This document shows positions 25,472-39,270 of a stretch of 64,000 bases of DNA, one piece after another. The notes beneath the pieces were generated by a model, which saw nothing but the letters and a program-made list of their open reading frames with translations, had not been told where the DNA came from and did not search any database. This DNA comes from Octopus vulgaris (Eukaryota). The stretch lies in contig OX597826.1 of NCBI GenBank assembly GCA_951406725.2, positions 12,958,001-13,022,000 of the forward strand, written 5' to 3'. Position 1 is the first letter of the stretch. Each line of letters starts with the position of its first letter. The position numbers and the translations under genes were made by a program.

Positions 25472-28400
25472 ATAGGTAAAGGAAAGAAGGAAAGACGGAG
25501 GAAAAAAAGAATCGCCAACGGTACACACGCGGTCGACTTTACATTCTATATAATCCTCATGAAATAATGTTCACTGAGAGGTTTTACTGGATTTCAACAG
25601 CATAGATCTCTACATTATACTCCTACGTATTGGTTTACTATGTGGTTTATATCCTGATCCACTAAAGCGGCTTTTTTGTGATTACTACTGCAGTGGCGAA
25701 TGTAGGTGTGTTGCCTAAGAAGGATTAAATTTTGAAAATACGAGCTTAAACTTTAAAGATGCTTTTGTTGTTTTCATTAACTTGAATTGTTCGTTCCTTC
25801 TCGAGCCATGCCTGTTTACCGGTTTCCTTGACGCATAGGTTCCCTACATGGATGGGACGCCGGTCCGTCGCAGGTGAGCTGCAAGATGCAGGAGGAAAGA
25901 GTGAGAGAAAGTTGTGGCGAAAGAGTCAGCAGAAGTTCGCCATTACCTTCTGCCGGAGCTTAGGTGTTTTCGCTCATAAACACACACATCCTCCCCCGGG
26001 TGAGATTCGAACCCGCGATCCCTCGATCGCGAACCGCTGCTCTAACCACTAGGCCATGTGCCATTAACTTGAATTATAAAGTAACCATGTTATTAAGTTA
26101 TGATAAGTGTAGTTTGCCGCTACTTTCTATAGGTAAACCAATACTCATTGCAAATATAATAACGTTGTTATTTTATTTCTAGCAGTTTCACAGCATTACT
26201 GTTTCATATCCATATGGTCTGCTACAACAAAGGTAGAATACATAATAATGTGTCCATTTGTTATGAATTGCGATTCCCACCCTTATATAGTGTTTTTTCG
26301 AAACTTTTGGACAACACTCCCCCCCTCCAAAAAAAAATCATGGTGCCCCTCACTGCACTGTATTATATAAATCTTTATATTGTGGATTTTATATATATAT
26401 AATATTAGGGAGTAATAACTCCAAACTTACAGGGAAAAATTCAATTTGCCTTTACTTCATAGAAATTGGTTCAATCGAAGTTGATTATTTTCAAACTTTC
26501 ATGAAAAACTGTCCAGACAGGGGAACAAATATTGCCTTGTTTGGAAAGATTGGCTGGGGGGGGGCAGGAAAATCGTTGCCCTGGAATGCGTCACTGAATA
26601 TGCTTCAACTTTCTTTGCTCTAAGTATAAATCTCACCGAAGTCAGTTTTATCTTTTATCCCTCCGGGGTCGCATAAAGTCGAATAAGGAACCTATCAAAT
26701 GTAATCGACTAACTCCTCCTCCAGATTTCATCCCTTGTACCTATTTCTTTACTACCCACAAACGGCTAAACGTAGAGGGGACAAACAAGGACAGACAAAC
26801 GGATTAAGTCGATTACATCGACCGCAGTGCGTAACTGGTACTTATTTAATCGACCCCGAAAGGATGAAAGGCAAAGTCAACCTCGGCGGAATTTGAACTC
26901 AGAACGTAGCGACAGACGAAATACGACTACGCATTTCGCCCGGCTTGCTAACGATTCTGCCAGCTCGCCGCCTCTAGCAAAAACAGTTACTTCTTTCAAG
27001 AAGAGTGGTGTACGGGCGGAATTACCAGAGTATCGAAAAGAAGTGGCGAAAAGAAGCTTTGTGGCATTTGTTCCGATTCTTTACGCTCTGGTTTCAAATC
27101 CAGCCAAAGTCAACTTTGTCTCTCGTCGTTTTGGAATCAATAGAATAAAGCACTGGTCAGTTACTGGGTTAATGTAATCGACGGCCCCTTCCATTCTTTT
27201 TTTTGGGGGGTGGGGGGCTTTTACCTATTTTAGAAACCCTTATTTCTTTCTAGAGTGCAATAATTGGGTGGACATCGAAAGAATGATCTGCTGTTTTACA
27301 TTAGGTTTCTGAATGTTAAGTGTTCAAATCCAGCCAAAATTCACTCATCTTTATAGAATCGATAATACAGCGTTACATCCAAATATTGGGATCGACCTAA
27401 TCTACTCCCCACTTCAAGCAAATTAAATCAATTTAATCAGTCAATTAATCAAATTAATTTAATTTAGTGGAAGGGAATTCATTAAAATAATCTTAGTAAT
27501 TGAGCTAATGCTCTTTTTTTCCTCACTGAATAAGTGTTTTCAATTAGATTTTTGATACTGACTGCATTAAATATGTTAATACTAACTTAACCAATATTTT
27601 TTTCTAATTGTGTTAGTGTTAACGTAAGTAACAGACGTGCATTATTCATGACTAGAGAGAGACAAGATATTTATCCTTGTTATATAAATCGCATCAGGTC
27701 CGATCCGGCAAGTCTATGATCAAAGATGTTTGAGCTGTGACAAACCCATCCTTTTTATAGGCACAGTGTATCTAGAAATATATTATCCAATGAATCTTAC
27801 CTTTTAAGATAATTGCGTACGATTTAAGGGACTTTTGGCTAATCCTTTTAGCTAATCGAACGACACTGCAGAAGGTTACTCATTAAGCTTGCCTTTTGCA
27901 TGCTGGTGTTGATAATTAAAATGAGTTAAGATAAAACAAATAATTAGGTAGGTTGCCTGAGCATGCGCTATACATGCAAGGAGAAGGTTGGAGGTCAACG
28001 CCCAGGATTCTTTATATTCCCACGACCTTCTAATGGTCGTAGTGGGGTTGAAAGGAAAATGCTATCTGCAAACAGGTGACTTGGGATAAATGCATGCAAC
28101 AAAGTAAAGTCCGATAAAAACGCTTAAAGGCCAAGAGATAATCATAATAGGCAGCGAATTGACAGAGTCGTTTGAGCATTGGAGTGAATGCGTCGTGGTA
28201 TTTGTAACAGCCTTATTTACTCTGGGTTCAAATTCCATCTAAGTCAATTATGTCTTCCGTCCTTTCGAAGTCCATAAAAAAAACAAAAAACATACCGATT
28301 CAAAGTGGATTGGCGGAACTATAAGAACGTTGGGCTGCCTGCTTTGTGGTATTTGCTCAGACTGTCTGGGTTCAAAGTCTATTGTCATGGCCAACCGAGT

Positions 28401-29139
28401 AACCATGGCAATTATCTTAATCCGTCGCCCGGTATCTATGGTATCTTAAGGTGCTTTCAGAGGCCTCTGCTCTGTTGTAAGGATTCGAACTAGATTTCCT
28501 TCTTACTAGTCTCGGAGGCTCCGTAATAGCTCATGGACGCTGTCTTGTACAGCTACAGAGTAACTACTACTACTACTACTACCACCATCACCACTACTAC
28601 TACAGCTGATGTTGCTGCTACTAATACTGCTTTCACTAATAATAATAATAATCCGTTCTACTATAGGCACAAGGCCTAAAATTTTGGTGGGGAGGTGGAC
28701 AGTTGATTAGATCGACCCCAGTGCACAACTGGTACTTAATTTACCGATCCAGAAAGGATAAAAGGTAAAGTCGACCTCGGCAGAATTTGAACTCAAAACA
28801 TAGCAGCAGACGAAATACCTTTTTTTTTTTTACTACCCACAAGGGGCTAAACACAGAGGGGACAAACAAGGACAGACAAACGGACTAAGTCGATTACAAC
28901 GACTCCAGTACTTATTACGACGACTGGTACTTATTTAATCGGCCCCGAAAGGATGAAAGGATGTGCGGGTCGACCTCGGTGGAATTTGAACCCAGAACGT
29001 AACGGCAGACGAAACACGGCTACGCATTTCGCCCGTCGTGCTAACGTTTCTGCCAGCTCGCCACCTTACAATAATAGAAGCTAGAATGCCCTATCAAGTA
29101 GGAGTAGACAAAGAGAATACGAAGCGCATGGTAATTGTA

Positions 29140-30545
29140 TAAGTCTCAAATGATAACAAAGCCAATGTGAGAGGTACAGAGAAAATAGCAAAGTACCAGA
29201 ACCTAGCTACTGAGTGACACAGGCTATGGCAAGTGCGGGTAAAATGTATCCCTGTAGTTATAGGTGCATTGGGAACTATCTCTAAAGACAGCTAAGATAC
29301 TTAGGAAGGTTCTTGTCATTTAAGGTTACTTGTTGTAACTCGATGCTAGGAACTTTGTTTTTAAACAAACCAGTCTTAGGAATGAACAAGTGTCTCTACT
29401 GTGCTGCATCTGCAACAGAGTGGATGAAACCACTGCCCATATAACGAACGAATGCACTAGACTTGCCTCAAACCACTACAAGTTGTGGTGACACGACCAG
29501 GTAGCGAAAGTGCTACACTGGAATCTGTGCGAAAAGTGAGGGCTAGAGAGAAGAAGGACGTGGTTTGAGCACAAACCGCAGTGAATGGAGGCGTCAAAGA
29601 CTAGCAAAATCCTCTGGGATCTTCCAATGTATACAGATCAGGTACTAGAACATAACAGACCGGACGAAGTGGTGGTGGACATGGTGCACCACACATGCTA
29701 TATAGCTGATATTGCATGCTCCTTTGACCCACGAATAGTTAAGAAGGAAAGCGAAAAGAAAGACAGATACAACCCTCTTAAGTACGAAATAGCCCGGCTA
29801 CGGAAAATGAAGGTGAAGATGGTGCAGCCTAGGAACAAGCGTTAAAGATCAATTATATGAAGTGCTGAATAGACAACACTACCAATAGCGACAAATGCAG
29901 AATGTGTGGTGGGAGGCGTGAAACAGTATGGCACATCGTTAGCGAATGCCCGAAATTGGCACAACGCGAATACAAAATCACCATGACAATGCAGCAAGAA
30001 TGATCCATTGGGAGCTCTGTGGAAATCACGGCCTACAAACAGCAAAGACGTGGTATGAGGAAACTCCAAAAGAAGTCACTGAAAATAAGAATTGCAAAAT
30101 CCTGTGGGATGCAATGATCCAGTGCCATCACCCGACCAGAGATCGGAAATCAGACATTGTTGTGAATAAAAAAGAAAGAACATGTATGATAATCGAAATA
30201 GCACACCCCGGTGATAACAGGATCAACGTGAAAGAAGAAGAAAAAAATAAACAACTCTGACTATTTGAAGCGGGAAATACGGAAGTTGTGGTCAATGAAG
30301 ACAGTAGAGGTGATAACAATAGTAATTGGTGCGCTTGGAAGTATCAGCACTCAAATACCAACACGCTGAAAAGAGCGGTGCAAGTGTGAAGGTAGAACAC
30401 CTACAAAACTCAGCATTGCTTGGAACTGCAAGAATTCTTTGCAGGGTTCTTGAAGCATGACCAGTAAACAAGTGTTATCTTAGTCTGTTGGCTGTGGACA
30501 GCTGACACTTTCCATTATACCCATCAAAATAAGCAGTGAGTTTTC

Positions 30546-30547
<2 letters not shown>
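29140..30547 (+). mobile_element. Stacked R4/Dong-like RLE non-LTR retrotransposon 3' fragments
   Basis: Two CCHC regions (CRMCGGRRETVWHIVSECPKLAQREY..HDNAARMIHW), KILWD..HNRPD..DIAC, IPVVIGALG and LLGTARIL motifs. Ends in (AAT)n. Confidence 0.85.
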
Positions 30548-30609
<62 letters not shown>

Positions 30610-30781
30610 CTGCACCACACTTCAAGAGGAAAAAAACTAACACAATGCAATACCGAGAATAGTTTGACCTCACCCAACAGCAGAAAAGAACACACAATGC
30701 TGGACACACCCCGGTAACCCAGAGAAGTAGCTGGTGATGGAGTAGAAATTTGCCTCAGACTATCAACTGTTGATCAATTAT

Positions 30782-30835
<54 letters not shown>

Positions 30836-31140
30836 GGAGTAATGGAGGAGCATCATAGCCATGTGTTGAGAGGAATTTGGTGGGGTTTGAATAATTCACC
30901 TCCGGAGACATTGGTGTTTCGTCCACCGTTCTTAAACAACTCTTATTCAAGGATCTTTTGAGCGGGTCGGGCTACTCGGCCTGAAGGAAACTCTAACTGG
31001 ACCCCACTTGCAAGGTCAGGTCAAATGCTGTTTATCTTGATATAAGGTCACCGTGTCGTGCACATACGGCTGTGATGCATGCAGTCATGATTGGTATACT
31101 GGGCTTCGTATATTCGTACTCCAGTGTCATATTGATGGCA

Positions 31141-31520
31141 TACTCACTTACTGTACTTGTGGCGACATTCACTCTGGGGGGGTTGAGTCGGCTTCTTCCT
31201 TGGAAAAAGTTTCGTGGGAATATGTGGATTTCACAAACGGTCCCCAACAATCCCGCATGTAGAGACATTCTGTTTGCCACAGATTGTCCGCAGACGCAGG
31301 GACAGAACGACCGAGGAGCCGCCGGTTGCCGAAGCAGACACTCCGAGGATTTTCACCAGATCCCCGTCTGCCGGGTTGTGTCCCTAATACCACTCGGTGT
31401 CAGACCAATCCGCCTTGGGTGGCCCTACCAGGAGCCGAAGTTCCCGACGGCATAGCTCTGACACTACCCGTTGCCAGCGTCCCCATCACGGTGAGGAGGG
31501 GATGGACTTTGGGGACGCAC
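31141..31520 (-). mobile_element. Short non-autonomous element with RTE-type 5'UTR sequence
   Basis: AGAGCTATGCCGTCGGGAAC..CTCCTGGTAGGGCCACCCA resembles RTE 5' UTRs. Flanked by TSD ATTGATGGCA (31131-31140 and 31521-31530). Confidence 0.65.
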
Positions 31521-31860
31521 ATTGATGGCACGATGCTCTCTGAAATGATAATAATAATAACTGTATACCCTTGACACAATTTTTTTTTTTTAAATCAATG
31601 GTATTTGACCTTCCAATGTTAACCGTTTCGCTCGTTCCGTCGTCCTCTGTCTTACAGCAAACTTTGTTAGCCAGGATTTTCAGTTCTTTGAATGTTCTTA
31701 ACACCTACTGGTTGTTAACAGTGTACTACGCATGGCAACCGAGAGATAATGTTATGTGTCATTGGGGGTCGGCATTTTTATCTTGTTGAATATTTGGGCA
31801 TGAACGATATAAAAATTCACGACAGAGGTATTTGCTGACGTGGGTGATTAGCTTATATAA

Positions 31861-31942
<82 letters not shown>

Positions 31943-32571
31943 TGAAGAAAAGAAAGAGTAGAAAAACCAACAACAAAGCCAATAACAAAAGACGACACCT
32001 AAATTAATGATCATCATATTTAATAGAGTAATTAGTATTAATTAGCTCATAGTTATTGACACAAAACTTCTGATGACTCAGTGTCAATAACCGGTTTTCT
32101 TTTTCAGATGTAGAACGGATTGCAGCGTAGACAGATCGCTAAATTAAATCGCTTAATTTTTCAGTTCAAATCACACAAGTCTAAGTTTGCCTTTCCTTTT
32201 GTGTCAAAGTTGATCATCATTATCAAACACCTCAGACAATTAGCAACTAAACAATATTAAATCCTCTTTTTTTTCTTTCTTGTTAGAATAAAATATACAA
32301 TTATTAATTCTTCCAAATTTAAAACAAACGTCAAGATTTATTTTCGTCAAAAGAACACGAAATTCTTTGAGAAGCTACTTTTTCTACGAATATATTTTAC
32401 ATGAGGAAACCGGGATTTTTGCATTGACACAATCGGGTTTCTGCCCAGAGAAGAAACTTAAGGTGCTGTTTACTCCTAAGTAAACGGTATCTACATCGTA
32501 TTATGATATCGGGACTAAAAGCGTCCCCCAATGATATGGCTGGGAAGCATGCTTCGTACCACACAGCCACG

Positions 32572-32628
<57 letters not shown>

Positions 32629-32989
32629 ACCACGCTTTCGTTACAACTTTCTCTCACTCTTTCTTCTGTTGGCCTGCTCGCTTAGCCAGCGAGGTGGCTA
32701 AAACAATGCGAAGCGCATTGTGACCAGCGATGTGTAGCAACATCTGATAGCCTGGTCGGTCACGGTGACATATATATAATATTTCTACAGCTTGACGACC
32801 GGTGTTGGTGTGTTTACATCTCCGTAACTTAACGGTTCGGCAAAATGATCCAATAGAATAAGTACAAAGCTTTAAAAAAGTAAGTTCTGGGGTCGAATTG
32901 TTTGACTAAAATCTTATAAGGCGGTGCTCCAGCATGGCTGCAGTCAAATGACTGAGACTGGTGAAGGAATGTACATAAATATGTGGGTG

Positions 32990-33026
<37 letters not shown>

Positions 33027-34741
33027 GTTTATCTCTCTATACGTGTGCATGTGTATGTGTGAGTGTGTGCGCGCGTGTGTGACGCTTTTAGTCCCGATAT
33101 CATAATACGATATAGATACCGTTTATTTAGGAATAAACAGTACCTTAAGTTTCTTCTTTGCAAAAATCCCAGTGGATGCGCAACAGCCCAGTGGTTAGGG
33201 CAGCGGACGCGCGGTCATATGATCGCGGTTTCGATGCCCAGACCGGGCATTGTGAGTGTTTATTGAAGATAAACATATATGGGTATAGGACATCACAAAA
33301 CGTAAACAACAGGGAATACGAAAATAAAGTTGGGTACGCATAAACGAGAGAAACAAATGGAAAACAAGCCAAGTAACATGAAAAACGACCCTTCATCAGT
33401 TGTCGGCTGTCCTTCTGCTCCTTATTTCGAGAATTGCGTACCCAGCTTTATTTTCGTCTACATGTCAGTGATTCCCTCATTAACTTGTTGCTTTCTTCTT
33501 TCTTTTTCACTACCACTGACCATAACAATTCCGTCTGGATTTTAGACTTCATCGCTCCTCACGACAAATTTACCAGTTATTCAAGGTCAACCGAACCTCT
33601 TCACTTTGTCTTTTGTCTACTTTTTCAATGTTTTTAATCGTTACAATGCGTCTAAGTTAAATCAGGACTGATCTGATAGTAAACGCGAGTAACAAACACA
33701 CACACACACACACGAAGTACTTACCGAATACCCGTGCAAACCAAGCTCTTTTACATGTTCAAAAACAATGCTCCTCTCCTTCGCTATCCTTCGGAGCAAC
33801 ACCTTTTCCATTTTGTCTGCTGAGACATCCACACACACACGTACATACACATACGCATACATACATACATGCATGCATGCATGCATGCAAACATACATAC
33901 ATACATACTGTTCCAAAATTCTATAGAAGCAGTGTGTGACTTATAGGAAATTGTACGTTCCACTCCTTAGATATTTACATCCACGCAATGATTTACTTTA
34001 ATCGCTAGTTGCCCTGGCATAGGGTGGAGATTGCAATACATTTTTGTGTCACTTGTTAACTTTTTTCTATTCCTTAAATTGAAAAAGAAAAAACGTAAAG
34101 CATTCTTTTGGTTCTTTGTTCTAAATTGTCGCCATCGCAATCAGTCAACGGTGATTAAACACATATTAAAGTGCCTTACGATATATTTGCATCAGTCACA
34201 ACTGTTAGTTTTGTGGCCCCATTCTTTTATTGTTAATAGTAGCGATTCCTCACCTGAATTCGCAGGCTGTTGGGGATCTGCTATGATAACACTGGGAACC
34301 GTGAGCTGTGTTCAAAATTTTAAAAGGCTGCAGAGTAAAATTCATAATTACCCAGTTGCATATTATCTTACCCAGTTAAATAATTGAAATTAAGAAAACG
34401 AGTTTACAGCTAGTTAATAAAACCAGATTTCTGCGTAGACAAAACTTTCAAAAGCCTAGGGTTCTTTGGGAAAATTCATTTTAAATGCTCGAAATTAAAG
34501 ACGAAATATGTTACAACAAATAGAATTTTCTCAATAAAGCCAAGAGAAAAAGATGTTTTATAAACACATTCTACCAGTATACGAAGTTTAAAACTTTTTA
34601 GTTAACTAGAAATTGTGTTGAAAAGTGCCGTTCAAAAGGAAAAGATCCCGCTCGCGTGCTAAAAGGTGGTACTCTTGCAGTTATGTAACCGAGGTTTGAC
34701 TCTGATTACTCCAGTTTTCTTTCTTGTATTACAGAGTAAAC

Positions 34742-35477
34742 ATGGCCACTCCGCTGGCAGTGTGCACCATGAAAAAACATAGATCAGTGATCCGATTTCT
34801 CTGGTTTGCAGGTTGTGTCAGGAGATGAAATTAATCGCAAACTTCCAGTACAATACAGGGACAGTACTCTGTGTTGAAGCTTGTGCGAATGGAGCAAGAA
34901 GTTTTAAAATGGCCGGAAGGCGTGAAGTACACACACAAAAAAAAAGAAAAAACAAGAGCAATCAGGACGCCCATCAACCAGACATGAAAATTCAAGACTT
35001 GAGAGATAGTTCAGACGAACTGACGAGTGGCCATCGATGAAGTGTCATGGTCTCAGCAAATTAGTCATGGTTCCACAGACAAAATCATTCACCACAAGCT
35101 TCGATTCAGTAAAGCCTGTGTGAGATGGGTTCCAAGAGAGCTTATCGAAAAGCATGAGCGCAATCGTGTGGAGATCTGTAAACGCTTACTCGACCGCTAC
35201 AATGATGAAGGCAAAGTATTTTTTTTAAAGAGAGAATAGCGACAGGAAATAAAACCCGAGTCCATCTCTTTAAGTCAGAATCCAAAAGGCAAAGTATAGA
35301 ATCACCAGCAATAAAGAAATTCAAGATTCAACTTATCGCAGAAAAGTGATGCTAACCGATTTTGCGACCCAAAAAACCCCCCAAAAAACAAATCCTATGC
35401 TGGAACAATACCTACAGTCCTCAGTGTATGCTACAATGAAACGCTGGCCAACAAATTGAAACCAGCAATACGCACCG
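34742..35477 (+). pseudogene. Mariner transposase remnant (N-terminal half, irritans-like)
   Basis: MATPLAVCT..RSVIRFLW, SGRPST, ISHGSTDKIIHHKLRFSKACVRWVPREL and RIATG..SKRQS motifs, with many frameshifts. Confidence 0.82.
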
Positions 35478-38012
35478 AATGGGTCTCGAATTGCTGGAAC
35501 ACCCAGGTCTAAATATTTGCATTCTTTGTGTGACTAAACTTCAGAGAAAGGGACATTTGGTAGCAGTCATTCTATATTCGTCAAACAACATGCAGATATG
35601 AAGGAAGACTCTCTGACGCCATGTCACTGGAATCAATAAAAACTATTTCTTTACTACACACAAGGGGCTAAACACAGAGGGGACAAACGGATTAAGTCGA
35701 TTACATCGACCCCAGTGCGTAACTGGTACTTAATTTATCGACCCCGAAAGGATGAAAGGCAAAGTCGACCAGGGCGGAATTTGAACTCAGAACGTAACGG
35801 AAGACAAAATACGGCTACGCATTTCGCCCGGCGCGCTAACGTGTCTGCCAGCTCGACGCTGGCAGAATAACACCTGGCGGGTCCAAAATTCTTTTGCATC
35901 GGTGAAACTTTCAGCAATAAATATATTTAGCTTATAAAAAATGCGATCCCTTCTTTCGTTTGCATCTACCTCTAGAACTACTCCTGTTGAGCCCTATTTA
36001 CAGACGGGGAACAAACAAAAGACAACCACATCCGTATCCATTAAAGAACCTTCAGATATCATCAAGTAGTCTGCATATACTTTAGAAATCCTGCTTGTCT
36101 TACCATCACCATTATTTTAACGCCCGCTTGGGTCGGGTGACATTTGTTGAGACATATTTTCTACGGCCGGATGTTCTTTCTGTCGCCAACCATCACTTGT
36201 TTCCAAATAAGGGCATATTTTTCCGTAGCCAGACATACATTCACGGAAGATTGGAAATGAAGAATGCTTATATGACAGTGAGGCTCGTTTACAACTATCA
36301 AGCGAAGCTGAAACAAGGAGACACTAACACATGTATCTACACATACTCACACACACACACATCTATACAAATATATAGACATTCACGAAGCTTTGGAGTG
36401 GCCCGTGGGTATTGTGGAAGGCACTTATCCAAGGTGTCACTCAATGGGACCGAATTCGTAACTATATAATTGTGAACCAAACTTCTCACCATACATAAAC
36501 CTATTAATTACATCAAAAATTCTCAGACACACTTTTATGTCTGTGAAACAACGTGATGTAGATTTAAGTTGGCAACTGTTAATGCAAAAAAAGTTTTAAC
36601 TTCTGCTACTCCAATTGAGAAATCTTTCAATTTGTTTATATACCTATCTACATGACCGTTCCATACCATGTTAATCGTTAATCTTTATCTACTGGTGAAC
36701 AAGCAGTTGGCGACAGGAAAACAATCACTTCTATATTGCTTGAAGAGCATACGTGTATCAGCAGGGAATATTTAGGCTACTGTTTAGTTTGACAACAGGT
36801 GAAGGATCAGATGGTCTTCTGAATCTCTCTTTTTCCCCTTTTACTTGTTTCAGTCATTTGAGTGCGGCCATGCTGGAGCACCGCCTTTAGTCGAGCAAAT
36901 CGACCCCAGGACTTATTCTTTGGAAGCCTAGCACTTATTCTATCGGTCGCTTTTGCCGAACCGCTAAGTTACGGGGATGTAAACACACCAGCATCGATTG
37001 CCAAGCAATGTTGGGGGGGAGGGGAACTCAGACACACACACATATATATATATATGCATATATACAACGGGCTTCTTTCAGTTTCCGCCTACCAAACCCA
37101 CTCAAGGCTTTGGTCGGCCCGAGGCTATAGTAGAAGACACTTGCCCAAGGTGCCACGCAGTGGGACCGAACTCGGAACCATGTGGTTGGTAAGCAAGCTA
37201 CTTACCACACAGCCACTCCTGCGCCTAAGTCCGTAAAACCTAGAATAATATTGATTTAAACTGCTAAATATTAATACCCATATTTAATTTCTATGACACA
37301 TCTGAGAGCTCCTTTTCTTTTGTACACCAGTGTCATCAAGTGCTGTCAATGCGAAAACACAAGTACACATATGTACGTATAGATAAGCTGCCATACAGTA
37401 TCCTATTTCTTTATTGCCCATAAGGGGCTAAACATAGAGGGGACAAACAAGGACAGACAAACGGATTAAGTCGATTATATTGACTCCAGTGCGCAACTGG
37501 TACTTATTTAATCGACCCCGAAAGGATGAAAGGCAAAGTCGACCTCATCGGAATTTGAACTCATAACGTAACGGCAGACGAAATACCGCTAAGCATTTCG
37601 CCGGGTGTACTACCGTTTCTGCCAATTTGCCGCCTTAAAGCTGCCATACAGTTTCCATCTCCCAAATTTTACTCATAAGGCATCAATCGAGCTGAGGCTA
37701 CAGTAGAAGACACCCAAAATTCCACAAAGTGGAGCCAAATATCAGACCATGCGAATGCAAATCAAAACACTTGAACTTCACAGTCACACTCCTCACACAA
37801 CTATATTTTCACAAAAACCATTATTTACAACTAATGTCATCAGCTAGATAGTAGAAAGCAACAGAAATACGAACAGTACCAAAGTAATAAAAGTGAAGGA
37901 AATCAACCAGGATAACCTGTATTGAAACCGAGACAGACTTTGCTCCTCGAGGCTGGCATGTCAACTGAAAACGAAAACAAATGACAAAAAGATCCAAACT
38001 TTTCTTTATATG

Positions 38013-38018
38013 TTTATT
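38013..38018 (-). terminator. Candidate polyadenylation signal of SDA1
   Basis: AATAAA about 15 nt after the stop, followed by a GU/U-rich tract (TTTTTGTCATTTGTTTTCGTTTT) about 30-50 nt further on. Confidence 0.6.
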
Positions 38019-38032
38019 AAAAATATATACAT

Positions 38033-38083
38033 TTATTTCCTCATTGTCCTCTGTTTCTTCAATAAAGCATCTCTTAAAGCCAC
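38033..38083 (-). CDS. SDAD1: SDA1 homolog, last coding exon with TAA stop
   Basis: VALRDALLKKQRTMRK*, corresponding to LALRDALLKKKKRMK*. Preceded by a pyrimidine tract and CAG acceptor. Confidence 0.92.
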   Translation of the reverse strand: MALRDALLKKQRTMRK

Positions 38084-38849
38084 CTGGAAAAACAAAGAGT
38101 ACAGAGTAAGCATATATAGTGAGTTACAGTTTGGTAATACGAACCACATGGTTCCGGGTTCAGTCCCACTGCGGGGCACCTTGGACAAGTGTCTTCTACT
38201 ATAACCTCTCGGTCCGACCAAAGCCTTGTGAGTGGATTTGGTAGATGGAGTCTGAAAAAAGCCATCGTATATATGTATGTGTATATATATATATGTATGT
38301 GTGTGTATATATATATATATATAATGTGTGTGTTTGTGTATCTATGTTCGTCCCCCACAACATCGCTTGACAACCGATGCTGGTGTGTTTACATGCCCAT
38401 AACTTAGCGGTTCAGCAAAAGGGACCGATAGAGTAAGTACTTGGCTTACAAAGAATAAGTCCTGCGGTCGATTTGCTCGACTAAAGGCGGTGCTCCAGCA
38501 TGGCCACAGTCACATGACTGAAACAAGTAAAAGATGTTGGGACACAAACACAGACACAAATATACACACACACACATATATATACAACGGCTTCTTTCAG
38601 TTTCCGTCTACCAAATCCACTCACAAGGCTTTGGTCAGCCTGAGGCTATAGTAGAAGACACTTGCCCAAGGTGCCACGCAGCGGGACTGAACCCAGAACC
38701 ATGTGGTTCATAAGCAAGCTACTTACCACACAGCCACTCCTACACCTATGCAAATGATTCTGCCAATGAACTGCCTTAAACACTGATGAGATATTACAAG
38801 TGTTTATTACCTAGAAGAGTCCTTCATGTCACAGATTTTGGCAATAATA

Positions 38850-39270
38850 AGCTGAATAAAATTACTGCCATTGTTTGTCAACAACAACTACCGGCGGTGT
38901 ATTTTTCGTTTGTCATTGTTATTTATCACATTGTTCGTGCATTTGTACTGGTTTTAGCTTTAAGGTTTTAGGGTTAGGGTTAAGGTGTTAGGGTGGTAAT
39001 AAATAACAGTGACAAACGAAATATACACCAGCAGAAGTTCTTGTAGACAAACAGCAGTAATTTTATTCAGCTGAATACACGTCATTGATTGGTTGAAATT
39101 ACCGAAATACGAGAACTTCAACATAAAAAACTTTATAGACATAAACTGTTCTCAAAAACGCTAAGAGTAAAAGGTGTTTTATATGACACATTCCACCAGT
39201 ATACGAAGTTTGAAAGTGTTTAGTTACAAAAAATTATTTTTTAAATCTGTAGGTCAAATGGTAAAGATCC
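38850..39270. mobile_element. Non-autonomous DNA transposon fragment with an internal hairpin and TTAGGG loop
   Basis: Inverted arms 38850-38928 and 38993-39072 surround degenerate TTAGGG repeats. The right end (..ACACATTCCACCAGTATACGAAGTTT..AAAGATCC) is shared with ~34530-34650. Confidence 0.6.

Noticed and set aside
25995-26062. Possible tRNA gene on the minus strand
   Set aside because: A and B boxes are present, but there is no proper acceptor stem and it continues into a SINE body shared with other copies.
34239-34360. Two-hairpin H/ACA-like structure
   Set aside because: There is no ACA box after the second hairpin and no host gene is evident.
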